Made by a program: the position numbers and the translations under genes
Assembly (NCBI GenBank): GCA_004431415.1
Contig: QPMI01000567.1
Span: 6,456-70,455 of the forward strand
Reading direction: 5' to 3'
From: Cyanophora paradoxa CCMP329
Taxonomy: Eukaryota; Plantae; Glaucophyta
Length of the DNA: 64,000 nucleotides
The notes under the pieces: model-generated
Told to the model about the DNA's origin: nothing
What the model saw: only the letters and a program-made list of their open reading frames with translations
The model's database searches: none
Part shown: positions 58,701 through 64,000 of the stretch, in pieces
Position numbering within the stretch: position 1 is the stretch's first letter
How the letters are laid out: each line of letters opens with the position of its first letter

Positions 58701-61700
58701 TGACGCCGCAGGCGGCGTGCGGGAATGCAAGCCCCTGCAGGTCGAAGAGCTCCGGATCCTCGTCGAACGGCCGCTGAGGCGGGCCTACGAGCGAGAACCA
58801 GTTCACTATGCCGCGCGCGCGGGGCCGACGCGCTTGAGCATAGTTGAGCACAGCTCGCCCATGTGCTGGTCCTGCAGCGTGAGCACGTCGACGTTGTACT
58901 CGTCAACGTCGCCGGCGTGCTGCCAGCGCAAGGGGTAGCTGATCGCGGGCAGCGTTGCCCATTCAGTGAACCCTGGCTCATAGCATTCCAGGGCCGGAAA
59001 AACGCGTGTTTCCGGTCCATGTACTCGCGCAAGAGCTTGTGATCGTTGGCGTACGTCGGGTCCGCCAACGAGAACAGCGGCCGCGGCTGCCAGTCCTTGT
59101 GCGGCTCGAACGGCCTGTGCGCCGCCGCAGGGATGGCAGCCGGCGCCTCTTCCTTCTCGCCCTCTTCCTCTTCGCTCTCGACATGGTCAATGTCGAGCGG
59201 CTCGAGGCGGGGCTCAGGCTCATCGGCGATGTAGGTGCCCACAAGCGCATCGTCGAACGTGAACGACTGCCGTGCAGCGTGACGCTCGAGGGCATGCAAG
59301 ACCTTCTCCTGGAAGGCCGCGCGCTGGGCGGTCAGGGCCAAGCCCTGTGCGGGTCGCTCTCGGCGGCTTCCTCCTGCGCGCGCGTCCTAGCTGCAGGTGG
59401 CGGCGCAGCCAGCGAACCCCGTACGGAACTCCAGGCCGGCGCGTTCCGCGGAGGGAACGGTGGTCCCAACCGCCTCGGCGCGGAACATGGTGTGAGCACG
59501 CAAGAGGTACTGGGCCCACTGCGGCGGGATGACGGCCGCGCTCGGTTGAAGCGGCCCCCGTGCGTCCACCGCGGCAGGCGCGTGGCAGGGATCGTCCAAC
59601 GCAGAGTCAGGAAGTGCTCCAACTGCTGCTCCGTCCACTCATGCAGGTGGAACGGGAGATCGTGGGAGTGGGGCGTGACGGGGCCACGGAGCCCCAGCGC
59701 GATCATGAAGAGCTCGAACGCGGCCGCGTTGAGCCGCGCGAGGCGAACGGTGCGATCGGCTCTGAGCGCGACGCGGCCCTCCGGCGGCTCCTCGTGCGGC
59801 ACGGGCGGCCCATCCAGGCGGTTCTGGATTGGCGTGCTCCTCTCGCTGGCGAGAAACGCCTTGAGGTGCGGGACCCGCAGGTCCTCGAACGTGCCCTTCA
59901 GTGCGTCGAAGGGGATGCTCCAGCGGTGGGCGAGATCAGACCGGGCCGTCATGGGCCACTCGGTGATCTGTTTCCCCTCACAGAGCCGAGGCGGGCACCC
60001 CGGCACTGCGAGGACGCCGCTCATCACGCCCATAGCCTCGTACAGGGCCCGCTGGCTCAGGTTCTCATCGATAGCCGACGGCGGCGGCGGCGGCGGCGCT
60101 TCCTCGGGCGCCTCATCGCCGTCGCCCGCTCGCCCATCTCGGCGTCTTCCCCTCAGCCTGCCCACGGCGGGCGCTGCGGGTTCGTGGCCCCTGCGAGCCG
60201 CGCCCACGGGTGCTGACGCGCACGACCCCGTCCCGCGGCCACGCTCGCCGCGACGGCGGCCTGCCGGGGAGCCGGCGCGGTCGCGCGCGCGACGTCGAGT
60301 AGCGGCTCGCTCAGGCGAGGCTCGACAGGCGCGGCTCAGTGGCGGGCGGCGTCGGAGCGGCGGTGGGCCGCGGCGCCATCGGGCTCGCAGCGGCGGCCAT
60401 GTTGCCGCGGCGTGCAAGGTCACGAGCTTCGCCGTCGGTGCAGGCGGCGGGACAGGAACGGGCGCCGGCCGCGCCGGCGCTGGCGGTCCCTCGGCGAGAG
60501 CGCCTTCACAGGCGGGCGCGGCGGCAGGCAGGCCTTAGCCTCCTTGATCGTCGCGCTGACGGCCTTCGCCGTGTAGGCGCCCGTCGTGTCCGACGCCGGC
60601 TTCGGCGTGGTGGGCAGGTCGTGGAGAGGAGTGGGGTGCGGCTGCCCGCATCCGTGCGCCACTTCTCCACGAGCGCGATCATGTCCTTGACAGCCTCGTC
60701 ATTGAAACCGGCCCGCTTCTTCAGCAGCCTACGGAATAGAATGACGAGGTGGGCCCGGTCGCCCGCCTTGGCCCCTCGATGTACCGGAGCAGCTCCGCGG
60801 CCCCGGCGGATCCGGGAACCGTGCGGGCCCAGGCTGCATCGCACAGGGCGGTGAGCGGCGGGCGCGGGCCGAGCTGGCTCAGCACGTAGAGCTCCTCAGG
60901 CACGATCGTGGGCAGCTGCCCGCCTCGCGTCGTGCCGTGCAGGGGCAACTGCGTGGTGCGCGTGATCGGGCGCACGCGGCCGACCCTCCACGTGCCAGGC
61001 TCTGCCCCGTGCAGGCGCGGCCAGTGCAGCCAGTGTCGCACAAGTGCAGGTCCCGGAGGTGCAGAACGCGGGCGGCGGCGACGCGGGGCTCCACCGGAAC
61101 GCGTTCAACCGTGCGGGACTCGCCCTCGCTCACGACCGGGAAGGCGGGGGCACGGCCGTCGCGGTACGCAGTCAGACGCTCCGCGAGCGCTGCCCGCAGC
61201 CATCCCTCGGCGTCCGATCCGAGCGGAGACGTGCCCGCCCCGGGATCGGAACCTCAACGGAGGCAGCCAGGACGGCAAGCGAGTGAACGGCTTCCGTGAA
61301 CTCCGAGTCCGAGGGGACAAGAGGGTTCCCGTCGGCCAGGGCAACGGCGCTCTTGTGGGCGTCGTGGGGACCGGCGCGGCCGCCGATGCAAGCCACGGTC
61401 TTCCACTGGATCGCGTGCTCGAGGGCCAGCAGGGCGAAGCCATAGGCGTCGACCCGCGCGTCCACATGAGCGGCTCGGCGAACTTAAAGAAGCGGCGAGG
61501 ATCTTCTCGACGGCGCCGGCGGTGCCCGGGGCACCGTAGTCGACGCGGTGCAGGAAATAGCCCGCAACAGTCGAGGCGCACGCAAGGCGGAGGCGTCCTG
61601 TGCGGCAACAGCTCGCTCAGCTCGATTAGCTGCGGCGGCCCGACACTGTCATCTCGTGCGGCTCGAGAGAGGCCGCCACGGCGAGTGCTGGCCAATGCTC

Positions 61701-62900
61701 CAGTGGCGGCGGTATGGCTCCAGCCAGCCGGCGGTAGCGACGCACTCGTCCCAAGCTTCGTAAGCTTGTGGGCGTCGGGCTCGACTGCGGGGCGACCCTC
61801 GGGCGTGAGGCCCTCGCGTGCGGCCACGCGTGGCCCCCGGCCCACTTCGCGGCGACGCGAGAGGCCTGTGCGTGAGGCTCATGATTTCATAATAGTGCGT
61901 CGGCCAGGCGTGAGCCAGCGTGTCCTGGGACAGCGGGTCATGCCCCAGCATCTGCAGGAACGCAGTGGGGAGGGTCCGCGAGCCGAGGTACGTGCTCTCG
62001 GTGGCGAGCGGCTGAGAGAACGCCGCAAGCAAGAAGGAGAGCGTCTGGCGGGTGCGGGCCGGGCAGCGGAACGCAGTGGCATACCACTGCTCGTCCCGGA
62101 CCTCGATCAGCCCTCGCTCACAGTGCAGCCGCAGTGAGTCTCGCACGGCGCTGGGTACAGGAACGCCGCGCGGTCGAGCGGACCGACGCGGCGCCCTTCA
62201 GCTTGTGCGCGTCCACGTTCCAGAGAGGAACGGGCCCCAGCTCGTGCTCGCGGCCCTTCACCGGCTCTAACTCAACGGCTCCGAAGTGAGTGAGGTCTAG
62301 GCCGGGGCTAGCGCTGAGGAGGCGAGCGCGGTTGAGGCGCAGGGTCTCCTTAGACGCTACGTCGCGTCCTCGTCGGCGAGGGAGGCGCCGTCGTCGGTCA
62401 CCTCGAGGCTCGCTACCGTCTCGGCCCCGAGGAGTACCCAGGCAGCAGCCCACGCCGGCGGCGGGGTCCGCCGGAGCCTCGGCGGCGGCGGTCTCGGGAC
62501 CGACTTGGTGGAGCGAGCTCCGTCGCGGGCTCGGGACCCTTCGCTTCTGCGTCAGCGCCCTCGACCTCCGTTGGGTCCGGGCGCCGCCAAGAGGAGTGCG
62601 ACCTCCTCAAGGGCGGCGTCCACGATGCCGGCGGCGAGCTCGGCGGGAAAGAAGTCGGCACGGGCGTCGGCGCGGGACCCTTCGCTGCTGCGTCAGCGCC
62701 CTCGACCTCCGTTGGGTCCGGGCGGCCGCCAAGAGGAGTGCGATTCCTCGAGGGCGGCGTCCACTGCGTCGAACGCGACCTTCTTCTCCCCCTCGTCCAG
62801 GCCCGACTCCGGCGGGTCGGCAACAGGTCCTGCGCCTCGCAGGGGGCCGGCCTCTCGGCTCCCGTGGGCACAGGTCTGGGCGGCTTTCCCCGGACAGCTG
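55725..62900 (-). CDS. Long frameshift-fragmented coding region of unknown function (RS-rich tract, acidic tracts, several globular-looking segments)
   Basis: Protein-like stretches chain across minus-strand ORFs 56526-57143, 57144-58205, 57842-59341, 58192-58851, 59332-60423, 61172-61465, 61649-62146 and 62118-62453 by single frame switches; no intron-like AT-rich gaps. Confidence 0.6.
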
Positions 62901-62902
62901 CA

Positions 62903-64000
62903 CTACTGCGATCGCGAAAGCGTGGCGGCTGCGGCGACCGCGTTGAGAGCGGGGCGTCCCGGGGTCCTGCAGCGCGGCGGCGTGCGCCGCGGCCGCTGCG
63001 TGAAGGCTCGGAAGTATCGTCGACCAACGCCTCGTCGCTGCGCACGATGCGCACACGGTACACGTGCTTTTCCTTGCCAAGCTCGCGGGCGCCGGGCCGC
63101 CGTGGGCCCCGACCGTGGCCGCGGTCGCGCGGAAGCAGTGCAGTCGCGGACGGGCGGCGGCGCCGCTTCGGCAGCCTGCTCGAGCATGGCGGCGCGATCG
63201 TGAAGGCGTTGGGTCAGCCCAGGGCGCCGGCGTCGCGGGCGGCACGGGCGGGCTGCAGCGGCGGCGGCGTGTTCTGCAAGCGCGCGGCGGACCGCGGCCT
63301 CGAGCGTCTGCGCCTGGGCCGGGCAGGACGCGGCCAGGTGGCCGGTTTTGCCGCAGTTGTAGCACGCCCGGGGCCCTGCAGCTTGCTGGGGCGGGGGGCT
63401 CGAGCGGCCGTTCCCACCCTGCGGCGCGGGGTAAACCGCGCTTCGGGTCACCGGTGCCTGCGCCCGTTGGCCGCGGCGCTTGGCCGGGTTGATTGCCGAC
63501 CACTCGGGCAGAGGCCGCGGTTGGTCCGGCACTCAAACGAGTAGTGCGACTCGCCGCAGTGGCACGGCCGCCGGGGCTTCTCGGGGAGACCCCGGGCCTT
63601 CAGGAAGTCTTTGATCTTCTGCTGATAGACCGGGTCGTCAAGGCGGCCGGGGCGGCGGTGCGGACGCCGACGGGTAGAGCGCGCGGACTACGACGAGGGG
63701 CTCGTCCGAGCAATGAGCTGCAGGAACGAGATGACCTCGGCGTTCTGATCCTCGGCGTCGTCCGCGTCCCACCCGTACGCGTTTGCCTCAAGCTCTGCGA
63801 TCTCGGCTTCCGACACCGTCGTCGCGAGCATGATGCGCGTGCCCGCGCCGGCGCCCGCGTTCGAGCGCGAGGGGACGACGGGACAGCTGGCGTGTGCGTG
63901 ATCGGCGGCGCGCTCTGCGGCGTGCGCGAGGCAGCCGTGGGCGCCTGCAGCGGCGTCCGCGCGAGCCCAGCCTAGGGCCGAGCCGGGGACTTTGGAGATA
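62903..64000 (-). CDS. Gag-like region with zinc knuckles (5'-partial)
   Basis: CYNCGKTGHLAASC (CX2CX4HX4C) at ~63320-63365; manual translation gives CHCGESHYSFEC (CXCX3HX4C) at ~63530-63565. Confidence 0.75.

Larger units (their letters stand above)
47179..64000 (-). mobile_element. Ty3/gypsy (Metaviridae-type) LTR retrotransposon, unusually long; 5' end outside the window
   Basis: PR-RT-RH-IN order on the minus strand; candidate PPT and 3' LTR; zinc knuckles far upstream; no second LTR copy seen. Confidence 0.8.

Noticed and set aside
48031-63900. Programmed frameshifting or true pseudogenisation of the retroelement
   Set aside because: Frame switches mostly fall in G/C runs, the same error type seen in the duplicate block, and catalytic motifs are intact; this cannot be called without polishing.
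57000-64000. Separate DIRS/Ngaro tyrosine-recombinase retroelement
   Set aside because: No second RT/RH set or tyrosine-recombinase catalytic motifs were seen.

Overview
Eukaryotic, probably protist, genomic DNA in four zones. (1) 1-~10750 is the right end of an AT-rich, intron-less endogenous DNA virus (Polinton-like virus or virophage type by inference; no capsid, polymerase or integrase gene is in the window). It encodes a patatin-like lipase that is absent from the ORF track because it runs off the left edge, a 1964-aa modular fibre with a peptidase-S74 chaperone, two paralogous short fibre-like proteins, a DUF723-like zinc-ribbon protein and a prokaryote-type AdoMet decarboxylase. It ends in two repeat arrays and a large nested hairpin. 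Its DNA avoids CpG except as TCG/CGA, apart from a ~3.1-kb block covering the distal fibre. (2) A GC-rich, intron-containing host gene (signal peptide, kelch-like repeats, PT linker; minus strand) abuts the virus and seems to be interrupted by it; a TA-flanked MITE lies upstream of the gene. (3) A TA-flanked TIR element spans 16436-46321 and holds a 142-bp satellite, 2.6-kb tandem arrays and a 9.4-kb second copy of 7073-16477 that may be an assembly artefact. (4) 47179->64000 is a minus-strand Ty3/gypsy element (3' LTR, PPT, IN, RH, RT, PR) with ~10 kb of extra coding sequence upstream of the protease and no 5' LTR in view, so it is a candidate giant retroelement. Frequent 1-bp homopolymer indels suggest long-read consensus errors.
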